Part shown: piece by piece, positions 19,024 through 28,977 of the stretch
How positions within the stretch are numbered: the stretch's first letter is position 1
Layout of the letters: each line of letters starts with the position of its first letter
NCBI GenBank assembly: GCA_963843375.1
Contig: CAWJKT010000031.1
Location: 1-37,696, forward strand
From: an uncultured Pseudomonadota bacterium
Lineage (GTDB): Bacteria; Oederibacteriota; Muellerivitia; Muellerivitales; Muellerivitaceae
Direction: 5' to 3'
Length of the DNA: 37,696 bases
The notes under the pieces: model-generated
What the model was told of the DNA's origin: nothing
What the model saw: only the letters and a program-made list of their open reading frames with translations
Databases searched by the model: none
Position numbers and translations under genes: made by a program

Positions 19024-20328
19024 CTATCCATTCACCCGGAGGATTGAATTGTTCCCGCCCAATCCGTCATGGACATGCTCGGGGCTCGATGGATCGGAAA
19101 TCCATTCCAAATCATCCAAAACAAATTTGTAATGGTAGATACCGGGATTCAAGGAAATAATAAAACGGAAACTACCATCTTCTTGCCGGACCATAAGATC
19201 CGCGTCCTTATCCCAGTTGTTGAAATTTCCCACCAAGGAAACCTTTTGAAGCTCCTTTTGGGGCCGGTAGGTAATGGTAATCTTGATGGGCGGCTCAAAT
19301 GCCACGATCCGGTTGCGTCCCTGAGACTTGGCGACATAAAGGCTACTGTCGGCCTTCTTGACCAGATCCTCCTCATTGGACGCGTCCACGGGAAAGGTGG
19401 CGACTCCCCCTGAGACGGTGATCTTGGCCATAGGCTGGGATCGCATGTGATCAAAAAGAGTTTCAGCGATTCTTTGGCGGATTCTTTCTCCCAGTTCTGT
19501 AGCGCGCTTGCGGCTGGTTTCAGGAAGGACGATGACCATTTCCTCGCCTCCGTAGCGGGCGACAATATCCACTTCCCGGGCTTCCTGTTTGAGAATGGTC
19601 GCGATTTTTTTTAATACCTCGTTCCCCGCCGGGTGGCCATTAGAATCGTTGTATTTCTTAAAATGGTCGATATCCAGGATAACGAGGGACAAAAGACGGT
19701 GGTAGCGCTCGGCCCTGAGCCGTTCTTCTTTCAACCTTTCCAGGAAATAGCCGAAGTTATAAAGACCGGTTAAGCGGTCAGTAATGGCCATTTGCCTGGC
19801 ACGTTCATATAGTAGGGCATATTCGATCGCCAGAACATCCTGTGTGCCGCCATCCTCGCGAAACCGCATCGCTCCCTCGAAAAAGACAAGCCCCAATCGG
19901 TTTAACAGCATGGACACCTGGCTGACGGCGGGAAAATGGCCCGATATCTCGTGCTGGCCCTGGGGGCCCAAATCGACAATTTCACGCACGGCTTCACGCA
20001 CCGCATCCCGCATGGAGAAAAGGAGGAAAACCATATCGGTGGAAGATAACTGATGGTCCGTCTGGAGTTTTTTCAAATGGGCCAGTATCTGGCCAAACTC
20101 GTCGTCCACGGCCTGTTCCACGCTTCCCGACCTCTCCACCACAGCCACTAAATCAAAGAGAAGACCGCGCACCTCATAAAAAACACCATCGTTCCCGCTA
20201 AATCCTTCCAAGCGGTTGGACAATTGGCGGACTGAGGCTTGCCACCGGTCGCGAAGTACATGTTCCTTTTTTTGAAGAAACAAGGATAAGTTATTTTGTA
20301 ATGTGTCCATGAGTTTAATTTGTTCCAT
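19024..20328 (-). CDS. Diguanylate cyclase: RsbRD_N-like helical sensor, GGDEF domain, C-terminal AMPK-beta-like CBM48 glycogen-binding domain
   Basis: AITDRLTGLYN, ILDIDHFKKYND, I-site REVD five residues before GGEEM, and KSQGRN. C-terminus VSLVGNFNNW...LNPGIYHYKFVLDDLEWISDP...GGNNSIL. Confidence 0.9.
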   Translation of the reverse strand: MEQIKLMDTLQNNLSLFLQKKEHVLRDRWQASVRQLSNRLEGFSGNDGVFYEVRGLLFDLVAVVERSGSVEQAVDDEFGQILAHLKKLQTDHQLSSTDMVFLLFSMRDAVREAVREIVDLGPQGQHEISGHFPAVSQVSMLLNRLGLVFFEGAMRFREDGGTQDVLAIEYALLYERARQMAITDRLTGLYNFGYFLERLKEERLRAERYHRLLSLVILDIDHFKKYNDSNGHPAGNEVLKKIATILKQEAREVDIVARYGGEEMVIVLPETSRKRATELGERIRQRIAETLFDHMRSQPMAKITVSGGVATFPVDASNEEDLVKKADSSLYVAKSQGRNRIVAFEPPIKITITYRPQKELQKVSLVGNFNNWDKDADLMVRQEDGSFRFIISLNPGIYHYKFVLDDLEWISDPSSPEHVHDGLGGNNSILRVNG

Positions 20329-20371
20329 TATTTAAAAATGAGAAGGCGTGGAAGGGCGTGGAAAGCAGGAT

Positions 20372-21895
20372 TTATTTTTTCAGCATCTTACCGTATAGCT
20401 CCATATATTTCCCTGCTGAAACATCCCAAGAAAAATCCTGTTTCATGGCGCGTTGGACAAGCTCTTTCCACAATTTGGGTTGGTGGAAAGCCTCCACGGC
20501 GCGGCGGATAGCAAATAAAAGTTCATTGCCGCGGTATTGCTCGAAGGCAAAACCCGTTCCCTTTCTCCCGTCCGGGGAGAGGTTTTCGACCGTGTCGGCC
20601 AAGCCGCCGGTCTTACGGACAATGGGGATGGTCCCATATTTCATGGCAATCATTTGGCCCAAACCACAGGGTTCAAACCGCGATGGCATCAAGAACAGGT
20701 CGCTTCCCGCATAAATCAATTTTGCCAGCCGGCTGTCAAACTTCAAGGTCACGGAAAACTTGGAAGGAAATTGGTGCCGCAACCCCTCGAACAGAGTGTG
20801 GTAACGGGTGTCGCCCGTTCCTAAAACCACGAATTGGACGTCCATCGCCAAAAAGTTTTCAGCGATTTCGCCAATAAGATCCAGTCCCTTTTGGTCAACC
20901 AGCCGGGAAACCAGACCGACAATGGGAACCTCCGGCTTAAAAGGCAAATCTAATTCTTCAACCAGTTTCTTTTTGGAAGCTGCTTTTTTTTCATGATTCT
21001 TGAGAGTGTATTGAGCGGGTATTTCCTTATCCGTGGCCGGATTCCATTCGTCGTAATTGATGCCGTTCAGGATTCCATAAAGCGATGAAACGCGCGAGCC
21101 CAGGACGCCTTGGAGACCATGCCCAAACTCGTCCGTTTGTATCTCCTGGGCGTAACTTTCCGAAACGGTGCTCAAAGCATCGGCGTAAACGAGCCCGGCC
21201 TTGAGATAGTTGATCTGGTCGTAAAATTCCAATTTTTCATGTTGAAATTCCTCCCAACCGATTCCGGTCATGGGCAGAATATATTTTGGAAAAAGGCCCT
21301 GGTAAGCCATGTTATGAATGGTGAATAAGCTTCGAAGAGCGGCGAAATGGGGATCGGATTTATAGAGGGTCTTTAAATAAACCGCCGCCAAACCGGTCTG
21401 CCAATCGTTGAGATGAAGAATATCAGGATACCAGCGAAGCGCTTTAAGCATTTCGAATATGGCCTTGGAGAAAAAAGCAAACCTCTCCGCATTGTCGTGA
21501 TAATCCCCTTCCGCACTCCCGTAAAAACCATCACGGTCAAAATAACGGTCATTCTGGATGAAATAGGCCGTTCCAGCCGTAGAACCCAACTGGGTGGATA
21601 GAATGTCGGCGGTCATGTCCCCCATTCCCATCGGCACATTCAAACCCTTCACTTCCAATTTCAGCCTGAATTTCTCTGGGGAAATACTCTTGTATTTGGG
21701 TAAAACGATCGCAACTTCACAACCCGATTTCATCAAAGCCTCAGGCAGGGAACCCGCGACATCGGCCAGTCCGCCCGTTTTAGCGAACGGAACCGCTTCT
21801 GAAGCAACCAATAAAACCTTAAACTTGTTCCGGTGATGTCCCGGACGGGATGCGGGGGATATGTTTGTTGATTTTTTGGCGGCAGTACGTGGCAT
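20372..21895 (-). CDS. glgA: Glycogen synthase (GT5)
   Basis: PFAKTGGLADV, HLNDWQT, FTIHNMAYQG, SRLVDQKG and MPSRFEPCGL motifs; GGGAG RBS before ATG 21895. Confidence 0.97.
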   Translation of the reverse strand: MPRTAAKKSTNISPASRPGHHRNKFKVLLVASEAVPFAKTGGLADVAGSLPEALMKSGCEVAIVLPKYKSISPEKFRLKLEVKGLNVPMGMGDMTADILSTQLGSTAGTAYFIQNDRYFDRDGFYGSAEGDYHDNAERFAFFSKAIFEMLKALRWYPDILHLNDWQTGLAAVYLKTLYKSDPHFAALRSLFTIHNMAYQGLFPKYILPMTGIGWEEFQHEKLEFYDQINYLKAGLVYADALSTVSESYAQEIQTDEFGHGLQGVLGSRVSSLYGILNGINYDEWNPATDKEIPAQYTLKNHEKKAASKKKLVEELDLPFKPEVPIVGLVSRLVDQKGLDLIGEIAENFLAMDVQFVVLGTGDTRYHTLFEGLRHQFPSKFSVTLKFDSRLAKLIYAGSDLFLMPSRFEPCGLGQMIAMKYGTIPIVRKTGGLADTVENLSPDGRKGTGFAFEQYRGNELLFAIRRAVEAFHQPKLWKELVQRAMKQDFSWDVSAGKYMELYGKMLKK

Positions 21896-21941
21896 TAATC
21901 TCCCAACAATTTTCAATTAAGTCCAGCGATGGAACTGTGGC

Positions 21942-21969
21942 ATTATAAAAGTCAACCAAGGGCTGTCAA
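21942..21969 (-). promoter_or_regulatory. Consensus sigma70 promoter for glgA and the diguanylate cyclase
   Basis: Minus strand TTGACA (21969-21964)-N16-TATAAT (21947-21942). Confidence 0.75.
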
Positions 21970-22040
21970 GGCAAGAGCAAAAAAGGTCCAAAACTAACAA
22001 CACTAATATTGTTTTTAAATCGTTTCCGCTTCGAAGCGAC

Positions 22041-23576
22041 TCAAGGTAAATTCCATCGTTTATCGATATCTGCGGCGGTGATTTTAGATTTCGATTTAAG
22101 CGTTTTTTCCAATAGCTCCCTTATCCCAATTTGGGTTTTCCGGCGGGATTTCAATCTGCGGAAAAAATCATACCCGAAAGACCCTCCCGCCAAAAAATCG
22201 TTTACAGCCACTTGGTATTTCCGCTTATCGTTCAAAAGTTCATTACCTACCTTGATTTGGTAGCCTTCGCTTGTTTTTTCAATTGTAAGTCCAGAGACTT
22301 GCAAAAAATTGGCCGACCCTTTTTCAGCGGCTGATTCTTCAAGGGCTTTTCTTAAATAGATGCCGGGGACGTCAATCGCCACGATCTGACAATCGGTTGG
22401 AAAAATCTCATACAAAATTTCCCGGGTCAGATCGCCTGAATTGAAGGCGGGTTTGAAACAACCGTTATTGAGCAGGGCGATTTCGGTTTGTGCCGATTCC
22501 CGCATGGCATCCGTAGTGATCTCCCCCACGAGGGAATCCCCGTTATCCGCCTTAGTGAAGTCCCCCGTCACTGACGCCAGAACCTCATCGAGCGGTTTTT
22601 GCTTAAGCTGATCCTTATATTTTTGCAAAAGCTCAACCATCTTGGGATCCTCCGGAAGATCCGACGTAATGGGAATAAGCTGGTAGTGGTAATCCTCAAT
22701 GGAATAAGCGGCGATCTTCGTTTTAGTATCCCGGTGTCCTTCGACGGTTATATCGAGTCGGCCCAGGTATAAACCTTGGGCGCCGGCTTGGCCGATAATC
22801 GGGCCCAATAGGTCTCCATTCTTGGATTGGTTGACCAATGGCGTTGTCAATAACGTCTGGCTATAACCGCCTATGACAACATGGATGAAAGGGTTATCTT
22901 TGGCGAATTTCTTATCCGTTTCGACGCCCAAATTACTCAAGACAATGAATATATCCGCGTCTTTTTTTAAAATTGAATGAAGGCCCTTTGCGGAGGCTCC
23001 GGGCGGATTAAATACGAGGCCGCTCACCGCTTCGCGCCCGATGAGAGAGGGAGTTTCGGGGTTGCAGAAACCAATGAGCCCCACGCGGACTCCGGTTGCT
23101 TTCAAAACGTAAGGCCGGATATAGGGTTGGCCGCCGCTAACCACATTGGCCGAAACCCAAGGGATATGGAATTTTTTTCTAAAATCCAAAAGAGCTTTTT
23201 TCCCATAAGTGAAATCCGACTCCCCCAAACAGATGGCGTCGTATCGCATCAATTGGTAGGCGTCGCAATCCACCTCGCCGTGGGTCAATTCGGAAAAGGC
23301 TGTTCCTGAAAATAAATCACCGCTATCCACGAGAACCACATGATCGGGGCCGACTTCTTTGCGTATTTTCTCGATCAGGGCCATTCGTCGGGTGACACCG
23401 CCGACGGGTTTGGAGAGATCATCCTGGTGAATAGGATCGTCCTGACCGTGGTGATCGTTTGTAAAAAGAATGGTGAGAGTGACTTCCCGGGCTAAAGAAC
23501 CAGCGGGCAAGGAAAGGGAGAAAACGGCCAAAAGAAAAAGAGATGGGATTTTTATCCCTTGTTTTTGGACTGCCAT
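22041..23576 (-). CDS. Exported UshA/CD73-like metallophosphoesterase / 5'-nucleotidase homolog with a degenerate active site
   Basis: Signal peptide; LTILFTNDHHG, DSGDLFSG, PWVSANV and YLGRLD motifs; C-terminal FLQVSGL and VAVNDFLAGG. Motifs GNHE, SH and GHSH are altered. Confidence 0.85.
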   Translation of the reverse strand: MAVQKQGIKIPSLFLLAVFSLSLPAGSLAREVTLTILFTNDHHGQDDPIHQDDLSKPVGGVTRRMALIEKIRKEVGPDHVVLVDSGDLFSGTAFSELTHGEVDCDAYQLMRYDAICLGESDFTYGKKALLDFRKKFHIPWVSANVVSGGQPYIRPYVLKATGVRVGLIGFCNPETPSLIGREAVSGLVFNPPGASAKGLHSILKKDADIFIVLSNLGVETDKKFAKDNPFIHVVIGGYSQTLLTTPLVNQSKNGDLLGPIIGQAGAQGLYLGRLDITVEGHRDTKTKIAAYSIEDYHYQLIPITSDLPEDPKMVELLQKYKDQLKQKPLDEVLASVTGDFTKADNGDSLVGEITTDAMRESAQTEIALLNNGCFKPAFNSGDLTREILYEIFPTDCQIVAIDVPGIYLRKALEESAAEKGSANFLQVSGLTIEKTSEGYQIKVGNELLNDKRKYQVAVNDFLAGGSFGYDFFRRLKSRRKTQIGIRELLEKTLKSKSKITAADIDKRWNLP

Positions 23577-23582
23577 GAAGGC

Positions 23583-23933
23583 TTAGAATTCGCTAACGGC
23601 GTCTTGTTCGGTTTTCAAAATGTGGAAAAGGCCCGGCAGTTCTAAAAGGTCAAAAACTTTGTAGATGTCGGGGCTGACATTGGCAATTTTGATGTCGCCG
23701 CGGTTTTTACGGACATCTTTGATGATGCTCATCAAAACTCCAAATCCCGCGCTGGATATATAGGTTAATTTTTTCATGTTGAGGACAATTTTATATTGTT
23801 TCTTCTTAAAGAGTTCCTGAAGAATGGCTTCAAATTCTCCGACCGTATTGATATCCAAAACTCCCTCGATATCAACCACCGTCACCGAAGTATTGGACAT
23901 GGCGGCTCGCGTGGCAAGCACCAAACGTTCCAT
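23583..23933 (-). CDS. STAS-domain anti-sigma factor antagonist (RsbV/SpoIIAA-like)
   Basis: IEGVLDINT and LTYISSAGFGVL with the conserved phospho-Ser region; AAGGAGG RBS. Confidence 0.9.
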   Translation of the reverse strand: MERLVLATRAAMSNTSVTVVDIEGVLDINTVGEFEAILQELFKKKQYKIVLNMKKLTYISSAGFGVLMSIIKDVRKNRGDIKIANVSPDIYKVFDLLELPGLFHILKTEQDAVSEF

Positions 23934-23945
23934 GTAAACTCCTCC

Positions 23946-24869
23946 TTAAACGTTTACAACTGGGTCCGGAACCAAGGCTTCCGCAAACATTTTTGGGTCA
24001 TAGGGAATTAAGTCCTCTAAACCTTCACCCACCCCCAAAAAATAAACAGGAAGCTCGAGTTGTTCCGAAAGAGCTACCACAATTCCGCCTTTAGCCGTTC
24101 CATCCAATTTCGTCAGCACCAAACCCGTCAACTGCACTTCTTTGTTAAACTCTCGGGCCTGGTTCAAAGCATTTTGGCCGGTATTAGCGTCCAAAACCAG
24201 CCATTTCTCTTGATGAATTCCCGGAGCGGCCTTTTGAGCGACTCGCATGATTTTCCGCAATTCTTCCATCAGATTCTGCCGATTATGAAGCCGACCGGCG
24301 GTATCTACCAGTAAACAATCAGCTCCATGAGCCATCCCAGATTTTAAGGCGTCAAAAACAACCGCCGAGGGAGCGGCCCCATGAGAACCCCGGACAAACT
24401 CTACTTTAGCACGTTCAGCCCACTCCGTCAGCTGTTCTTCTGCCGCCGCACGAAAAGTATCTCCGGCCGCCAAAAGAACCTTCCTTCCTTCGGAGGAAAA
24501 CCGGGCCGCCAATTTACCTGCCGTCGTCGTCTTTCCGGCCCCATTGACGCCGGCCAGCAATATGACCACGGGATGAGCCAACTTCAGGGGATTATAAGCC
24601 TCCAAAAGTCTTTTAAATACGGCTTCCCGTAAATAACGGGTTAGTGTTTCGGCCGAGGGTTTCGCTTCAGTTTTTAATCGTTCCTGAACTTCCCGAACAA
24701 TCGCCTGGGCAGTGACTGCTCCCACGTCCACAGCCACAAGCCTTTCTTCCATTGCGTCCAGGGCGTCTTGGCTAAGCTTATTGGAACCCATCAAAACCGA
24801 GTCCAAATTCGCAGTCAAATGCTGTGCGGTTTTACGAAGTCCATTTCGAAATTTATCGAATAAACCCAT
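23946..24869 (-). CDS. ftsY: Signal recognition particle receptor FtsY (short form, NG domain only)
   Basis: GVNGAGKTTT, DTFRAAA, DTAGR, TKLDGTAKGG and GVGE motifs. Confidence 0.97.
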   Translation of the reverse strand: MGLFDKFRNGLRKTAQHLTANLDSVLMGSNKLSQDALDAMEERLVAVDVGAVTAQAIVREVQERLKTEAKPSAETLTRYLREAVFKRLLEAYNPLKLAHPVVILLAGVNGAGKTTTAGKLAARFSSEGRKVLLAAGDTFRAAAEEQLTEWAERAKVEFVRGSHGAAPSAVVFDALKSGMAHGADCLLVDTAGRLHNRQNLMEELRKIMRVAQKAAPGIHQEKWLVLDANTGQNALNQAREFNKEVQLTGLVLTKLDGTAKGGIVVALSEQLELPVYFLGVGEGLEDLIPYDPKMFAEALVPDPVVNV

Positions 24870-25076
24870 TTTAAACCAGCCTTAACGGGATGATAAAAAA
24901 TCCTCAAGACAAACTTTCCATCGTTATTTAACCAATCACCCGAATATATTTAAACGATACTAACACAAATAAAAGATCGGGTTTTATAAAGAATAATGTC
25001 ATGTTCGGCGGTTCAAATGCCAAACCAAATAGGCCGAGTCCAAACAGTTCTTTTGTTTTTTGGGAAAAGATACGGC

Positions 25077-28000
25077 TTAAGAGACGGGGGATTTCTCGGA
25101 AGAGTTTTCTCTAAACTTCGTTGAAATAATCTTTGAGACTCCCGATTCTTGCATGGTGACCCCATACATGACATCCGCCGTTTCCATACTTACCTTGCTG
25201 TGGGTGATCATAATAAACTGGGTTTTTTTGCTGAATTCACGCAATAAATGGGTAAAGCGGCCCACATTAATGTCGTCCAAAGGCGCGTCAATCTCATCCA
25301 ACAAGCAGAAGGGGCTGGGTTTCACCATGAAAAGGGCAAACAAAAGCGCGATGGCGGTCAGGGCTTTTTCGCCCCCCGAGAGGAGGGAAACGGATTGCAG
25401 GCGCTTTCCAGGAGGACGGGCCACGATTTCAATCCCCGATTCCAGTACGTCTCCTTCGTCAATCAGAATCAATTCCGCGCGCCCTCCCTCGAAAAGCCTC
25501 TGAAAAGTATCCTTGAAGTTTTCTTGAACCGTAGCGAAAGTGGACGTGAACAACTCTTTAGAGGTTAGGTTGATCTTGTTAATGGCCTTTTGAAGATCAT
25601 CTTTGGCCTTTAAAAGGTCTTCCCTTTGTTCGGTAAGGAATTTATACCTTTGGTTTAATTCATCATACTCTTCGACCGCCACCATGTTAACCAATCCCAG
25701 ACGCTCAATCTTCGCCCTCAACTCGATCGACGCCTTTTCAGCATCATCCCCGTTAAAACCTTTTTCGAGCGCGACGGGTGGGTTTTCCAAATCGACTTTG
25801 TATTCCACTTGAAGTTTTTCTTCGATATTACGAACTTCAACGTTGATCTGGGCTTCCTGAACCTCAAACCCGTGGACATCTTTCTGTATTTCGTCAAATT
25901 TAGACCGGGCTTGGCGAACCCTTTCGACCCTTTCCTCGGTTTCAATGGCAATCTTTTCGCGTTTTTCCACAAATATTTTTACCCGGGCATCGGACTCTTG
26001 TTTGGACTCGGATAATCCCCCCACTTTTTTCTCAAGGTCGGTTAAATCCAAGGAAAGTTGTTGTTCCTGCAAATCTAGCTGCTGATTTTCTTCCTTCTTT
26101 TGGGCCACGGATTGGGTGAGTTGGTCTTGTTCCTTTTGGTATCTCTCGGCCTCTTCCTTTGAGCGGGCGGCGACTTCATCCAGACCCGACAACTCCAGCT
26201 CCACCTGCAGGATCTGTTTGGCGATTTCGTCCTTTTGTGCCTGCAACTCTTGCAATTGCCGACGAGCCTTGGAAATCTCTTCCTGCGTCAGATGATGATC
26301 TTGTTCGCTTTGGGCCACCAGTTGGTTGAGCTCATGGATACGGTTCTTTTCAATGTTCCAGTGCTCTTCCAGGTTGTTTTTCTCTTTTTCCTTCTCCGTT
26401 TTTTCGGATTGCAACCGGGACAAAGTTTCGTGTAACTGGGTGATTTCCTTCTCGGATTCGGCCAGGCGAATTTTCAACTGTTGACGACGAGTCTCAGCGG
26501 TTAGAAGCTTATCTTCATTATCCTTCCGTTGCTTTTTGGTCTCCCCCAACGCGGATTCGGTTTCTTGAAGTTGATTCTCCAAATCCTTGAGTTTTCCGGC
26601 CAACTCGGACATTTCACGATGGCGCCCCATAAGCGAAACACCCGTCACCGCCGAACCGGCTTTGATAAAACCCAGGGGGCCAAGTCGATCGCCTTCTTTG
26701 GTGACGAAACGGGTACGGGAATACCTTTCCGTCAAACCCTCGGCCGACGCTAAATCTTTAACGAATACATCCTGTTCGAAAAGAAAACGCACCACCGGCT
26801 CCATTTCGGGATTGTACTTTAATAAGGAAAGAACCGAAGACTCCACGCCGGGTTCGGATAAGACGCTTTCAGCGAAACCCTGTCCCTGCAATTTGACCAG
26901 ATCCTCCAGCACGAACAAGGAGACTTTCCCTTGGCCCTCGGCCTTCAAATAGGCGATGACTTTTTCGGCGGCGGCCCGGTTTCGTACGACCAGGGATTGC
27001 AATTGTCCGCCCAACAGGGCTTCCACGGCACTTTCGTGGACCCGGTCGACTGAAACCAAGTTGGCCACCACTCCCAGGACTTCCTGCCACATCAAGGGCT
27101 CCGTTTGCTTGGCCAGGAGAACCGCTTTTACTCCTGAATCGTAACCGGTCAATTTGTTTTGAAGTTCTTCCAAAACCCCATAACGGGAACGAGCTTCCGA
27201 GAAGTTGTTGTTGAGTTGCTTCAGAAGGATATTCGTTTCGTCAATTTTAATTTCCTGCTGGGATAGGGCGCTTTGAAACTGAAGTATATTTTCATCAACC
27301 TGGATTTCCTCGGTTTGGGCCGCGTTTTTATCATCCTGAATCCCGGACAAGCGTTGTTCGGCGCTTGTGATTTCACTCCGGAATCTGTCGACCTGGGCAG
27401 TAAGTTCATTTACCCGCCGGGAAGTATCCTCATCCTGGGATTTCAACGATTCCAATTCGGCTTTCATTTGGGCTGATTTTTTCATTAGATCCATGACAGC
27501 CGCATTCTTATTTTCTAAATCTATATTTTTGGCGGAAAAATCGCCATCAAGCGCGGATAATTTCAAACTCAAATCCGCCTTTAAATTTTTCTTTTCCGTC
27601 TTTTGGGATTCCTTGTTTTGGGATAATTGAAGCCGTTCCGAAACCCAAATTTTCAGTTGTTCTATGCGGCTTAAACCCTCTTCGGCCTGCTGTTCATTAC
27701 GTATTTTTTGATCCGCCAGCATATGACGATGGCGCTTGGTTCCCTCCATTCGGCCTTGGGTAACCTCAACCTCACTACTAACCTTATAGGCCTGTTCCCG
27801 CACCCCGGCCAATTCCTGCTCAATTTCCATTAGATGGGTTCTCTGGTGTTTTTCTTCTTGTTCCAACTTATGGGTTTCGGTCTGGGCTTCGTTCAGGCGG
27901 TCTTTCACCTGATTCATTTTATGATTGAGATCTTTGAGTTTGGACTTCAGTCTGGTCAATTTGTCCAAATGGATCTGGACTTGGAGCTTCCCCAGTTCCT

Positions 28001-28658
28001 CTTTGTACTCACGGTACTTTTCAGCTTGTTTGGCCTGGCGTTCCAGGGTGGAAATCTGCCTTTTAATTTCAGCGATGATGTCGGAAATTCGGATGAGATT
28101 TTGTTCGGTGGCGTCCAGTTTGCGCAAAGCCTCAACCTTGCGCGCCTTATACCGGGTGATACCTGCGGCTTCCTCGAAAATAGCCCGCCGTTCCGCGGGC
28201 TTGGAAGTAACGATTTGATCCATCTGGCCTTGGGCCATGACTGAGTAAGTGCTGACACCAAGTCCAGTGCCCATAAAAAGTTCTTTTACATCCTTCAAAC
28301 GGGCAGGCGTCTTGTTGATCAGATATTCGGATTCTCCCGACCGGTAAACCCTACGGGTGATGGAGATTTCATTAAACTCAAGGGGAATCGTTTTGTCTTC
28401 GTTGGAAAGTGAGAGGGTAACTTCGGCCATGCTGGAGGGTTTGCGCGAATCCGTACCATTGAAAATAACATCCGTCATCTCGGAAGCCCTGAGTCCCTTA
28501 GCGGACTGCTCCCCCATGACCCAACGAACTGCATCGGAGACGTTAGTCTTGCCGCAACCATTGGGGCCTACAACAGCTGTAACACCAGGCTCAAATAAAA
28601 GCTCGGTTTTATCAGCAAAAGACTTAAACCCGTGGATTTCAAGTTTTTTTAGATACAA
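25077..28658 (-). CDS. smc: Chromosome segregation protein SMC
   Basis: GFKSF, Walker A GPNGCGKTN, coiled coils and hinge, LSGGEK, LLDEIDAPLD and ITH motifs; TTG start. Confidence 0.97.
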   Translation of the reverse strand: MYLKKLEIHGFKSFADKTELLFEPGVTAVVGPNGCGKTNVSDAVRWVMGEQSAKGLRASEMTDVIFNGTDSRKPSSMAEVTLSLSNEDKTIPLEFNEISITRRVYRSGESEYLINKTPARLKDVKELFMGTGLGVSTYSVMAQGQMDQIVTSKPAERRAIFEEAAGITRYKARKVEALRKLDATEQNLIRISDIIAEIKRQISTLERQAKQAEKYREYKEELGKLQVQIHLDKLTRLKSKLKDLNHKMNQVKDRLNEAQTETHKLEQEEKHQRTHLMEIEQELAGVREQAYKVSSEVEVTQGRMEGTKRHRHMLADQKIRNEQQAEEGLSRIEQLKIWVSERLQLSQNKESQKTEKKNLKADLSLKLSALDGDFSAKNIDLENKNAAVMDLMKKSAQMKAELESLKSQDEDTSRRVNELTAQVDRFRSEITSAEQRLSGIQDDKNAAQTEEIQVDENILQFQSALSQQEIKIDETNILLKQLNNNFSEARSRYGVLEELQNKLTGYDSGVKAVLLAKQTEPLMWQEVLGVVANLVSVDRVHESAVEALLGGQLQSLVVRNRAAAEKVIAYLKAEGQGKVSLFVLEDLVKLQGQGFAESVLSEPGVESSVLSLLKYNPEMEPVVRFLFEQDVFVKDLASAEGLTERYSRTRFVTKEGDRLGPLGFIKAGSAVTGVSLMGRHREMSELAGKLKDLENQLQETESALGETKKQRKDNEDKLLTAETRRQQLKIRLAESEKEITQLHETLSRLQSEKTEKEKEKNNLEEHWNIEKNRIHELNQLVAQSEQDHHLTQEEISKARRQLQELQAQKDEIAKQILQVELELSGLDEVAARSKEEAERYQKEQDQLTQSVAQKKEENQQLDLQEQQLSLDLTDLEKKVGGLSESKQESDARVKIFVEKREKIAIETEERVERVRQARSKFDEIQKDVHGFEVQEAQINVEVRNIEEKLQVEYKVDLENPPVALEKGFNGDDAEKASIELRAKIERLGLVNMVAVEEYDELNQRYKFLTEQREDLLKAKDDLQKAINKINLTSKELFTSTFATVQENFKDTFQRLFEGGRAELILIDEGDVLESGIEIVARPPGKRLQSVSLLSGGEKALTAIALLFALFMVKPSPFCLLDEIDAPLDDINVGRFTHLLREFSKKTQFIMITHSKVSMETADVMYGVTMQESGVSKIISTKFRENSSEKSPVS

Positions 28659-28977
28659 ACCCTATTTTCTCCAGCGAAGAAATGGAAAATAGGCCGAAAA
28701 GTGTTGGAGTAATATTGAAACGGCTTAATTTTTACAGACTCTATCATTACCAGGGGTAGATGGCAAGCGCTTTCGCCCTACTAAATGTAGGATAAAGGTC
28801 TCGAATAATCTTTCCCCAAAGAGGCCGCCCAAAGGAATTTTAAAAGGATTCCAAGGAATATTTTACCTATCGTGTCAGAGGAGAATAAAGGATGAAGAGA
28901 ATTAAAACCGAACCGGTAAGGTAAGCTTGTCATAAAAAGGGAAGACATTTTTTCCAGCTTATCGCTTCGGGAACAAC

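Noticed and set aside
24870..25076. SRP RNA near ftsY
   Set aside because: No long hairpin or conserved domain IV motif seen.
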